From an uncultured bacterium (GTDB taxonomy: Bacteria > Patescibacteriota > Minisyncoccia > Phycocordibacterales > PALSA-1337), in assembly GCA_963701025.1 (NCBI GenBank), contig OY969557.1, forward strand, positions 506,042 to 570,041: a DNA stretch of 64,000 nucleotides. Reading direction: 5' to 3'. The notes under the pieces were generated by a model that was not told where the DNA came from, made no database searches, and worked only from the letters and a program-made list of their open reading frames with translations. Positions 26,564 to 34,908 of this stretch are shown piece by piece (the first letter of the stretch is position 1; the number at the start of each line of letters is the position of its first letter). The translations under genes and the position numbers were made by a program.

Positions 26564-28732
26564 TTATTTCCTCTTCTCCACGATCTCCAGAGCAACGTTA
26601 GCCGGAACGACCTCGTAGTGATCGAATTCCATCTGGGCAGATCCTTGGCCGGACGTCATGGAACGCAATTGGGTGGTATAGCCGAACATCTCCGACAACG
26701 GGACTTTGGCGATGATGGAGATGACTTGGCCCTTTGGATTACTGCCCTCGATAAGGCCTCGCTTGGAGGCGATGGAGCCGTTGACGTCGCCCATGTACTT
26801 CTCGGGACAGACGACTTCGAGCTTCATGATGGGTTCGAGGATGACGGGTTTGGCGCGCTTGGCGGCGTCCTGGAAGGCCTGGCTGGCGGCGATCTTGTAG
26901 GCGATCTCGGACGAGTCGACGTCATGGTACGAGCCGAAAGTCAGCTCGCAGGAGATGTTGACCATCTTGAAACCGGCGACGATGCCGCGATCCATGAGCT
27001 TCGCGCACGCCTTTCTCCACGGCCGGGATGAATTCGTTGGGGATGACGCCGCCTTTGATGGAGTTGATGAATTCGAAATCGTCATAGCGGTGAATATTCT
27101 TGGGTATCTTCTCACCTTCCGGCCATGGCTCCATGGGCTTGAGAGTGAGTCTGACGTGACCATACTGGCCTTTGCCACCGGTCTGCTTGATGTATTTATG
27201 CTCGGCCTCGGCGGTGCCGAGTATGGTCTCGCGATACGCCACTTGCGGTTCGCCGACGTTGGCTTCGACGCCGAATTCGCGCTTCATGCGGTCGACCATG
27301 ATTTCGAGGTGGAGCTCGCCCATGCCGGAGATGATGGTCTCGCCCGTTTCCTGGTTGGATGAGATGCGGAATGTCGGGTCTTCATTGCCAAGCTTGCGCA
27401 GAGCCATGCCCATCTTCTCCTGGTCGGCCTTGGTCTTTGGCTCGATGCGAAGAGAGACGACCGGCTCCATGAATTTGATGACTTCGAGAATGATCGGATT
27501 GTTTTCGTCGCAGAATGTATTTGAAGTGAGGGCATCCTTTAGTCCGACGGCCGCGGCGATCTCGCCGGCGAAGACCTTCTTGACCTCTTCGCGCTTGTCG
27601 GCTTGGAGGCGGACGATGCGGCCGAGGCGCTCTTTCTTGCCGGTGGTGGAGTTGTATATATAGGTGCCGGCTTCGATGGTGCCGGAATAGACGCGGAAGA
27701 AGGTCAGTTGGCCGACGAAGGGGTCGTTCTGAAGCTTGAAGGCCAGGGCGCAGAAAGGTTCGCTGTCGCTGGCATGGCGGACGACTTCTTCGCCTGTGTC
27801 CGGATTGATGCCGTGAACAGGCGGCATGTCGAGTGGGCGACGGCAGATAATCGACGACGGCGTCGAGAACGAGCTGCACGCCGATATTCTTCAGAGCCGA
27901 ACCGGTGAAGACCGGGAAGATCTTGTTGGCGATGAACCGCGGCGCGGGCTACGCGCTTGAATTCGTCTATCGAAATCTCCTTGCCGTCGAGATAATTCTG
28001 CATGGCGACATCATCGTGTTCGACGACTTTCTCGATCATCTCGGCGCGGTATTTCTTCGCATCCGCCATAAGCTCCTCCGGAATCTCTTTCTCCACTATC
28101 TTATTTCCCATCTCGCCCTCGAAATAGTAGGCTTTCATGTTCAAAAGATCGACGACGCCCTTATGCTCGCCTTCGAGGCCGATCGGTATCTGGAATCTGA
28201 CGGCGTTCTTGTTCAGGCGCTCGAGTATGGACTTGTATGATTTCTCAAAAGAGGCGCCTGTGCGGTCGAGCTTGTTGATGAAGCAGAGGCGCGGCACCTT
28301 GCCCTCGTCGGCATAGCGCCAGTTGGTCTCCGACTGCGGCTCGACGCCGGCCACGCCGTCGAATACCACGACCGCGCCGTCAAGGACGCGCAGTGAGCGC
28401 TTCACTTCCACAGTAAAGTCGATGTGTCCCGGAGTGTCGATGATGTTGAACCGGACTTTCTTGGAGACATCGGGCTTGCCGTCGGCGCCTTTGACGCCGT
28501 TCATGTATGTCGGGTTCCAGAAGCAGGTGATGGCGGCGGCCGTGATGGTGATGCCGCGCTCGCGCTCCTGTTCCATCCAGTCCGTGACCGTGTCGCCTTC
28601 GTGCACCTCGCCGATCTTGTGCGTCATGCCCGTATAGAAGAGGATGCGCTCCGAAGTCGTGGTCTTGCCCGCGTCGATGTGGGCGATGATGCCAAAGTTA
28701 CGGACTGATTCGAGCGGATAGTCGCGGTTCAT
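26564..28732 (-). CDS. fusA: elongation factor G (split over three frames by apparent indels near 27940, 27835 and 26997)
   Basis: [71 protein letters not shown] across ORFs 27704-28732, 26922-27827 and 26564-27178. Confidence 0.95.
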
Positions 28733-28764
28733 TGAGGTTTGGGCTTATAAATTGTCTGGGCTAA

Positions 28765-28824
28765 ATAAAAAAGCAGTGGCTGCTTAGTGGATGGTACTAT
28801 ACGTGAAAAGGCGGGAATAATCAA
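28765..28824 (-). promoter_or_regulatory. sigma70 promoter and hairpin/U-tract leader for fusA
   Basis: TTGATT-N17-TATAGT, then AAGCAG-cca-CTGCTT-TTTTATTT. Confidence 0.7.
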
Positions 28825-28830
28825 ATAATT

Positions 28831-28866
28831 ATCTTTGCGGCTCATTTCCACCATTTGAGCCGCGAG
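28831..28866. repeat. 36-bp palindromic site, copy 1 (downstream of TA)
   Basis: ATCTTTGCGGCTCATTTCCACCATTTGAGCCGCGAG, a near-identical direct repeat of 29401-29436. Confidence 0.85.
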
Positions 28867-28879
28867 CAACTGATGATAC

Positions 28880-29161
28880 TCAATTATTCCCCAACCAGAC
28901 TCTGTAGATCCAATCATGCGTACCGCAAGTCATGAATGCCACGGTATCTTTGTCCACGAATTTGAAGGCGATACGATAAGTGGAATCTATCCGGATGGTC
29001 CAAATCTGCTTGCCTTTTGGTTCCAGTTTCTCGGTGTGCAAAGAAGGATAGAACGGGTTGTACCGGAACAGGCGCTCCTGTTTCTCTGCTTTCTTCTGGA
29101 CTTCAACGGGCAGGAGCTTATAGCGCCTTTTGAATTCATCGGTTACAACGACCTTCCACAT
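28880..29161 (-). CDS. RelE/ParE-family toxin
   Basis: FKRRYKLLP...NPFYPSLHTEKL...WTIRID.TYRIAF...GTHDWIY. Confidence 0.88.
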   Translation of the reverse strand: MWKVVVTDEFKRRYKLLPVEVQKKAEKQERLFRYNPFYPSLHTEKLEPKGKQIWTIRIDSTYRIAFKFVDKDTVAFMTCGTHDWIYRVWLGNN

Positions 29162-29166
29162 GGAAT

Positions 29167-29367
29167 TTAGGCGCGAAGTTCCCTAAGGCTGTTGATGCGC
29201 GTCGCTCGGCCGGTGCGTATGTCTCGTTCGGCTCTATCTATGCTCTGAAGAAAAGACTTGTTGAACATGCCGAATTCGGCCGCCATCCGCTCGAAGCGAT
29301 TAGCATCGAAACTGACGGAGACTGTCCGTGCTTTCTTGCCTTTGGCTACTTTCATGCGCATATTCAT
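29167..29367 (-). CDS. putative antitoxin
   Basis: Small ORF directly upstream of the toxin, ending FLQSIDRAERDIRTGR..SLREL. Start ATG 29367 is 6 nt after TACAAT. Confidence 0.75.
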   Translation of the reverse strand: MNMRMKVAKGKKARTVSVSFDANRFERMAAEFGMFNKSFLQSIDRAERDIRTGRATRINSLRELRA

Positions 29368-29400
29368 GCGCATATTGTATCAAGACGCGTGAAATACGCA

Positions 29401-29436
29401 ATCCTTGCGGTTCATTTCCACCATGTGAGCCACAAG
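29401..29436. repeat. 36-bp palindromic site, copy 2 (upstream of TA)
   Basis: ATCCTTGCGGTTCATTTCCACCATGTGAGCCACAAG. Confidence 0.85.
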
Positions 29437-29810
29437 AAAAGAAAACTTGCACCAGAACATGCCTAAAAACATTTTCAATATTGACCTTCAAAAATTTTCC
29501 GTTAAACTTATAGGGTATGCTCTATAAATATTATCGTATTACATATCATCAGACTGACAGGATCGCCCAGATTTTCGGGGATTTAGGGGTCGTATGCCTA
29601 GCATCTGTAGCAATCCCCTCGCTTTTCAATGATTTTAATATTTTCGCCATATCGTTCGGAATCATACTTTCTTTATTCTTCTTATGCCTGACATAATCAT
29701 CGTCTATCTATTCTTCGCAGTTATAGGACTGGGCTTCATACTATTGACTCTGCCTACTATGATCGCCCGCCGTATCGTTGAGCAGCAAAAGAGAGAGGGT
29801 CTATACAAAA

Positions 29811-29840
29811 CAAAAAAGTAAGCCTACGCCTGCTTTTTTG
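29811..29840. terminator. terminator after rpsG
   Basis: CAAAAAAGTA-agcctacgcc-TGCTTTTTTG with A/T tracts on both sides. Confidence 0.55.
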
Positions 29841-29866
29841 ATGTTCCAAATTGGAATTTCAAACGA

Positions 29867-30337
29867 CTACCACGCGAAGTGGGCGAAGGCCTTGTTGGCC
29901 TCGGCCATCTTGTGGACGTTCTCGCGCTTCTTGACGGCTTCGCCTTCGTTCTTGGAGGCGGCGATGATCTCGTCGGCGAGCTTCAAGTGCATGGGCTTGC
30001 CTTTCTTGCCGCGGGCGGCTTCGACGATCCATTTCATGGACAGCGCGTTCTTGCGCTCGGGACGGACTTCGCGAGGAACCTGGTAGTTGGCTCCGCCGAC
30101 GCGGCGAGAACGAACCTCCATGGCCGGGGTGGTGTTCTTGAGGGCGAGCTCGAAGACTTCAATCGGATTCTCGACTTTGGCCTGCTCCTTTATAGCGTTC
30201 ATACAGCCATAGACGATGGTGCGGGCGGTCGACTTCTTGCCCTCCTGCATGACATAGTTGATGAGCTTGGCGACCTTGAGCGAATCGAAAGTCGAATCGG
30301 GCTTGAGATCTCTCTTTATGTTTGTTTTTCTGCGCAT
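29867..30337 (-). CDS. rpsG: 30S ribosomal protein S7
   Basis: [39 protein letters not shown]. Confidence 0.98.
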   Translation of the reverse strand: MRRKTNIKRDLKPDSTFDSLKVAKLINYVMQEGKKSTARTIVYGCMNAIKEQAKVENPIEVFELALKNTTPAMEVRSRRVGGANYQVPREVRPERKNALSMKWIVEAARGKKGKPMHLKLADEIIAASKNEGEAVKKRENVHKMAEANKAFAHFAW

Positions 30338-30340
30338 GTT

Positions 30341-30404
30341 ATTGGAAAGTCGAGAGTGGAAGGTGGAAAGTAGTGATTTCTACTCTCTACCTTCTACTGT
30401 CTAA
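30341..30404. repeat. heptamer-periodic inverted array between rpsL and rpsG
   Basis: AAGTCGA GAGTGGA AGGTGGA AAGTAG followed by the complementary-type TTCTAC TCTCTAC CTTCTAC TGTCTAA. Confidence 0.8.
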
Positions 30405-30824
30405 TTACGCTTTTACTGCTTTCGGCTTCTTGTTTCCATACTGGCTGCGGCCTTTACGGCGCTTCTCCACTCCGGCGCAGTCGAGGACGCCGCGGACGAT
30501 GGAATAGCGCAGACCAACGTCTTTGACGCGGCCACCGCGCAGGAGGACCACGGCGTGCTCCTGCAGGTTGTGGCCCTCGCCCGGTACATAAGCCGTCACT
30601 TCGACGCCGTTGGAAAGGCGCACGCGGGCGATCTTGCGGATGGCGGAGTTAGGCTTTTTCGGTGTCTTGGTCGTCACTTTGACGCAAACGCCGCGCTTGA
30701 AAGGCGCGGGAATATAGCTCGGCCGATTCTCGATCGAGTTAAACGTGCGGGTGAGAGCGATCGACTTCGACTTCCTCTGGAAGCGTACGCGATTTCTTTT
30801 TGTAAGCTGATTGATTGTGGGCAT
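30405..30824 (-). CDS. rpsL: 30S ribosomal protein S12
   Basis: [35 protein letters not shown]. Confidence 0.98.
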   Translation of the reverse strand: MPTINQLTKRNRVRFQRKSKSIALTRTFNSIENRPSYIPAPFKRGVCVKVTTKTPKKPNSAIRKIARVRLSNGVEVTAYVPGEGHNLQEHAVVLLRGGRVKDVGLRYSIVRGVLDCAGVEKRRKGRSQYGNKKPKAVKA

Positions 30825-30975
30825 AATATAATACGAATCTACAAATAGTATCCGAATGCTACGAATAATTGTGTGTCCGTGTGAACTTCTTCACCATTTT
30901 CGGCTCGAGCGAGCCTGAATGATTACTCATACGGAACTGGTAATTGGTTTTTGAGCCCCCTTGGGCAGTGGGGAG

Positions 30976-31004
30976 ACTTTAGCATACAAAGAATTGTGAG
31001 GCAA
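30976..31004 (-). promoter_or_regulatory. sigma70 promoter of the str operon
   Basis: TTGCCT-N17-TAAAGT with extended TG. Confidence 0.65.
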
Positions 31005-31045
31005 GGATACTTTATATTTTAAGATGAGAATGTTATTGTATGGAC

Positions 31046-31225
31046 ATGTGGCCTTATAACAAAAAATGCCCGAAATGTGGAGGTAGGCTACGGACAGAAT
31101 CAGCCGTTCTTGCTATTTATAATCACGTCTTCAAGATCACGGCCAAGAGCTATTATTCCTGCGTAGAGCCTGAATGTGAAATCAAGCACATACCGTTTTT
31201 TCCCTCTGAATTAGAAGACTTATAA
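31046..31225 (+). CDS. small zinc-ribbon-like protein
   Basis: CPKC...CVEPEC cysteine pairs. ATG lies 6 nt after a -10-like TATTGT. Confidence 0.5.
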   Translation: MWPYNKKCPKCGGRLRTESAVLAIYNHVFKITAKSYYSCVEPECEIKHIPFFPSELEDL

Positions 31226-31256
31226 TAAAATGTGCCATCTCTTAAAAATTAAGTAT

Positions 31257-32012
31257 ATGAAAAAATATTTCCTTGTCTGTTTACTAATAGGTCTCATAAC
31301 TTTTGGCATATCTACTATTAGGACTGTCATAGCAGATGCTTTTGTTTACTCAAGTCCAACAGGACATTATTCATTGACTTTACCTAGTGGATGGATACGG
31401 ACTTCACAATATACACTTGCACAAAAGATCAGTAATGCTGTGCAACAAGGTGGAGTACAAGCGCCAGAAAACTATATCGGATTTCAAGCTTCGAGTAGCA
31501 CTTTTCCTTCTATGACAATTTATGAATTTCCCACAGACAACGCTTCTTATTCTCAAATCAAACAAGAGCTTAGCAGTGGCGTGAACCAAAGAATACCTCC
31601 AGTCAATGAAAAATATCCAGGACTAAATGCCGCCTTTGGCGAGCCGTTTATAGACAAAAACCGTAACATGGTCTTTATCAACTTAACGGCTAATGTACCT
31701 GGTGTTGGTGCCGCGCATGCGCTAGAGGTATATGTTTTGGGTAAGAATATAGATCTAAGTCTAGATTTTTATTCATTAGAAAGTGATTACCCGAACGAAC
31801 TTCCTGTCTTTGATTCAATCATAAATTCTTTTCAATTTGAAAATGGATACGAATACGACCCATCTGCTGTACAGAATGTGGACACCAAAAAATACTCTAT
31901 CTGGATAGGCACAGGCACGATAATTCTTTTTGGTGTATGGCAAGCATTTAGGAAAAAGAAGTCACCAGGCTCTAAGAAAAACGGAGAAGTTAAACCATCC
32001 TCACACCAGTAA
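31257..32012 (+). CDS. exported PsbP/DcrB-like protein with a C-terminal membrane anchor
   Basis: Signal MKKYFLV..., YSLTLPSGW and FDSIINSFQF, then a C-terminal hydrophobic helix and basic tail. Confidence 0.6.
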   Translation: MKKYFLVCLLIGLITFGISTIRTVIADAFVYSSPTGHYSLTLPSGWIRTSQYTLAQKISNAVQQGGVQAPENYIGFQASSSTFPSMTIYEFPTDNASYSQIKQELSSGVNQRIPPVNEKYPGLNAAFGEPFIDKNRNMVFINLTANVPGVGAAHALEVYVLGKNIDLSLDFYSLESDYPNELPVFDSIINSFQFENGYEYDPSAVQNVDTKKYSIWIGTGTIILFGVWQAFRKKKSPGSKKNGEVKPSSHQ

Positions 32013-32027
32013 ATAATAGGCCTAGAT

Positions 32028-32243
32028 TCACCCCTCCCTATTCCATTCTCTCTTTGAAATCCCCGCCTGCCGTAAGATTTCGGCCAGTAGATACTTTGAG
32101 ATATCGCCAGTATGAGGATTTGGTATCCGGACTTTGAGCGGTCCTTTTGACATGAACAAGTGACGTCCACCGGAATATGGGCCATCGAAACCGAAAACGC
32201 GGAACCTGCGGATAAGCTCACGCGGAGAAACGCTCCTAAGCAT
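32028..32243 (-). CDS. hicA: HicA-family toxin
   Basis: GFDGPYSGGRH.FM....VRIPNPH..DI...LLAEILRQAGIS..EW. Confidence 0.9.
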   Translation of the reverse strand: MLRSVSPRELIRRFRVFGFDGPYSGGRHLFMSKGPLKVRIPNPHTGDISKYLLAEILRQAGISKREWNREG

Positions 32244-32481
32244 GTCGGAATTGTTTCCGCTTATCAAAAGAGAATGACAAACCGGTCACGCGTTCGCCGG
32301 AACGGACTTTGACCATGAGCCAATCCTCCAAAACTTCTTGCAATTCGCGACGGCATGCTTCGAGGCTTCGGGCGCTAGCCCAGACGCCGCGTAAGGCTTT
32401 GATCTCGCCAAAATAGCTCCTGTTAGGAAGGATCTTATATGAAGCCGTATCGAGTTTTGAGCTTATAAATGAAGAAAGCAT
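32236..32481 (-). CDS. hicB: HicB-family antitoxin (short form)
   Basis: YFGEI..LRGVWA....LEACRRELQEVLEDW. Overlaps hicA. Confidence 0.9.
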   Translation of the reverse strand: MLSSFISSKLDTASYKILPNRSYFGEIKALRGVWASARSLEACRRELQEVLEDWLMVKVRSGERVTGLSFSFDKRKQFRHA

Positions 32482-32526
32482 GATATCGATATTATATACT
32501 GACGGACAGTGAAAGTAAATCTTTTC

Positions 32527-33153
32527 CTACATCCCCATCCCGGTAAACAGCTGGAACACCCACGGTATGACGGGCGCCACGACTTGCCAGAGAAAGAAGA
32601 CGACGATGAGGATAAAGATCGGCGCGTATCGCTCCATGATCATTCTCGCTCGGCCGTATTGGTCCGGCATGACGGCGAATAACAGCTTCGATCCATCGAG
32701 CGGCGGCAGAGGGATGAGATTGAAGACGGCCAATATTATATTGATGATGACGATATACGAGATGATGGTGACGAATGGAGCCATGGCCGCGGCGGAAGCG
32801 GCATCGACGATGCTGCCGGCGGTGAAGCGGAGGATAGTGCCGAAGACGAAAGCGATGAGAAGATTCGAAGCCGGGCCGGCGGCGGCGATGAGGAATTCGC
32901 CTTGGCGCTTGTTCTTGAGATTGTAGGGATTATACGGCACCGGCTTGGCCCAGCCGAAGGTGAAACCGAAGAGCGAGGTGATGAGCGGCACGATGACGGA
33001 GCCGATTGGGTCGATATGCTTCAGCGGATTGAGGGTAAGCCGCCCGGCCAGGCGCGCTGTGGGATCGCCTAGGCGGTCGGCCATAAGGCCATGAGAGAGC
33101 TCATGGAAGATGACGGAGATTATGAGTATAGCTATGGATAGAATGACAAGCAT
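32527..33153 (-). CDS. site-2 protease (peptidase M50)
   Basis: HELSH, LGDPT..GRLTLNP, AGPASN, FNLIPLPPLDG. Confidence 0.95.
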   Translation of the reverse strand: MLVILSIAILIISVIFHELSHGLMADRLGDPTARLAGRLTLNPLKHIDPIGSVIVPLITSLFGFTFGWAKPVPYNPYNLKNKRQGEFLIAAAGPASNLLIAFVFGTILRFTAGSIVDAASAAAMAPFVTIISYIVIINIILAVFNLIPLPPLDGSKLLFAVMPDQYGRARMIMERYAPIFILIVVFFLWQVVAPVIPWVFQLFTGMGM

Positions 33154-33222
33154 GAAAAAATTGACCTGATTTCTAATTACCTAATTGACCTGAACATCAA
33201 TCAATGATAGCATGCCTCCACT

Positions 33223-33468
33223 ATGGCAAAAGTATGCGACATCACCAAGGTAGGATCGGTCGTCGGTGGCCGCTATTCCAACCGCACCCGTGCCACGCAG
33301 TTCAACCCCTGCGGCAATGTCCGTCGCTACCCCAATCTCCAGAAGAAGAAAGTCTACGTGCCCGAACTGAAGAAGTCTTTCTCTCTCACCGTCTCCGCCC
33401 GCGGCCTCCGCACCATCCAGAAGAAAGGCCCGTTCCGCGCCTTGAAGGACGCCGGCATCATCAAATAG
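33223..33468 (+). CDS. rpmB: 50S ribosomal protein L28
   Basis: MAKVCDIT...RRYPNLQKKK...LTVSARGLRTIQK. Confidence 0.9.
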   Translation: MAKVCDITKVGSVVGGRYSNRTRATQFNPCGNVRRYPNLQKKKVYVPELKKSFSLTVSARGLRTIQKKGPFRALKDAGIIK

Positions 33469-33507
33469 GTCCGAGCCTGACCTGTTATATCGTTTTGATA
33501 AACTAGC

Positions 33508-33600
33508 AGTGGTTGAGGATTTCTGAGCAGTGGAAATACGGATTCCACGGATGAAATATTCTATGGAGGGACGTCCGGCCTCCCGGAAATATCCTTTAGT
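33508..33600 (+). ncRNA. putative structured small RNA antisense to the 3' end of a nuclease remnant
   Basis: Extended -10 TGaTAAACT at about 33497-33505. Hairpins GTGGAA-N7-TTCCAC and GGAGG-N9-CCTCC. Confidence 0.35.
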
Positions 33601-33803
33601 TTCCTGTAGGTCTTCCGATCTATAGGGAACGCGGAAACGACCCGATTTTGATCGGGCGTTTTTGTTATCTCGACCACGGCTTCCTTCGCCTTTCCGTTCA
33701 TTTTCGCGATGATGAAGCTATTCTTTCTCTTGGAAGAGTTATCCGCGATCTTGGAAGGGCTGCGTATGATATCGGGAATTTCAAATACGATGGGGGATAC
33801 GGA
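33561..33803 (-). pseudogene. 5'-truncated remnant resembling a PBECR (Barnase/EndoU/ColE5/RelE-like) nuclease domain
   Basis: Startless frame of about 80 codons: EIPDIIRSPSKIADNSSKRKNSFIIAKMNGKAKEAVVEITKTPDQNRVVSAFPIDRKTYRKLKDISGRPDVPP*. Family assignment is by eye. Confidence 0.45.
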
Positions 33804-34743
33804 TATCTACCCCATCCGAAACTATCTTGACTGTTCCCTTCTCCTTTATATTGAATCTCTTGTCGTCAAGGATGGAGTAGAGCGGATCCACTTTTTTATT
33901 CTTTGATGAAGAATCTTTTGAAGTTGCGGATTTTTTCGGCGAAGCGTTCATAGTCTGCGAATAGAGGAGATACTCCGGCTTCATCTTATTTATAAGCTCG
34001 GCCGACAATGATCCGGCCAAAGCGCTGTGCGTCACGACCAGAACATTCGCACCCAGCGTATTATCAGAAATCGAATCAGACGAAGATGCGGCTGAAGATA
34101 CTAAAAATTTCTGCACTTTCGTCGTGGCATTGCCGAGCAACATGACCGAGGTCCCGCCATACGATATTTTCATGATGATCTCCGGCGCGCTGGCTTTCGA
34201 ATAGGCGAAAGCGTTGATGGCTGGAAAAAGTATATCCGCTTTCACTCTCTGCCCGCCTATTTTTTGGCCGAAATCGAGCGTGCCTCCGGCCGAAACTTCT
34301 TCCAAAGGGATTTTGAGGCGTTTGGCCGTATCGAGAAATACTCCATATATCTGGTCCGTCGAGCTTGCCAAACCCAATGATTGTAATGAAACCGCTGGCA
34401 CAACGACTCTATCGACGGAATATCGTTCAAGGATATCGATGAGCCCGGAGACGTCTTTACCATTTGCATCAGTAGCTATGACAGTGTCGATCCGACGCGA
34501 ATAAAATGGCAAGATGCCGGTCAATTCACGGATGACTTCGGCATTCCCTCCTCCATTTATCAAGATCCTCGCGTCATCGGGCGTGCGGATGAAGACCGAT
34601 GAACCGCTTTTCAAATCGAAAACGTATATTTCGAGCAGGGGTTGCCGGTGCTTTTCGTTCCAGACATAACCAGCCATGCCGCAGGCTAGGGCCGTGGCGG
34701 CGGCGCCGATGAGGAAAGGCTTCGAGGCGATCTTAACTGTCAT
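33781..34743 (-). CDS. ComEC/Rec2 C-terminal metallo-beta-lactamase-fold protein (degenerate active site)
   Basis: N-terminal TM, LEIYVFDL.SGSSVFIRTP...ILINGG, LPFYSRRID, KISYG.TS.ML.G.A, G.VKIVSDG. Metal-binding His/Asp residues are absent. Confidence 0.8.
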   Translation of the reverse strand: MTVKIASKPFLIGAAATALACGMAGYVWNEKHRQPLLEIYVFDLKSGSSVFIRTPDDARILINGGGNAEVIRELTGILPFYSRRIDTVIATDANGKDVSGLIDILERYSVDRVVVPAVSLQSLGLASSTDQIYGVFLDTAKRLKIPLEEVSAGGTLDFGQKIGGQRVKADILFPAINAFAYSKASAPEIIMKISYGGTSVMLLGNATTKVQKFLVSSAASSSDSISDNTLGANVLVVTHSALAGSLSAELINKMKPEYLLYSQTMNASPKKSATSKDSSSKNKKVDPLYSILDDKRFNIKEKGTVKIVSDGVDIRIPHRI

Positions 34744-34763
34744 GCCTCAAGCTTACCGGCCGG

Positions 34764-34829
34764 CGATAAAGAAACGCTCAAAAAAGGCTCAAGAAACGAT
34801 GAAGATCTGATAAAGAAATGCCTAAGAAA
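34764..34829 (-). promoter_or_regulatory. 6 x 11-bp tandem operator-like array, copy 2
   Basis: Minus strand: TTTCTTAGGCA TTTCTTTATCA GATCTTCATCG TTTCTTGAGCC TTTTTTGAGCG TTTCTTTATCG, then 8 nt, then -10 TAAGCT. Confidence 0.8.
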
Positions 34830-34908
34830 AGTGCTATAATAGCCGCGCATCAATGGGTTTATTTATTAAAATATGTTTTATAACAGATATAACTAACAAA
34901 AATAATCT

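Noticed and set aside
26564-28732. Frameshifts in fusA (also pilB, rny, rnhA, the R-M gene and a prepilin) as programmed recoding, phase variation or pseudogenes
   Set aside because: They hit essential genes, cluster in stretches, lack slippery or long homopolymer sites, and leave the protein sequence otherwise conserved. Sequencing or assembly indels are the simplest explanation; read mapping would settle it.
29440-29760. AT-rich spacer between the TA cassette and rpsG as a gene
   Set aside because: Only short stop-interrupted frames are present. It may be a decayed gene but is not identifiable.
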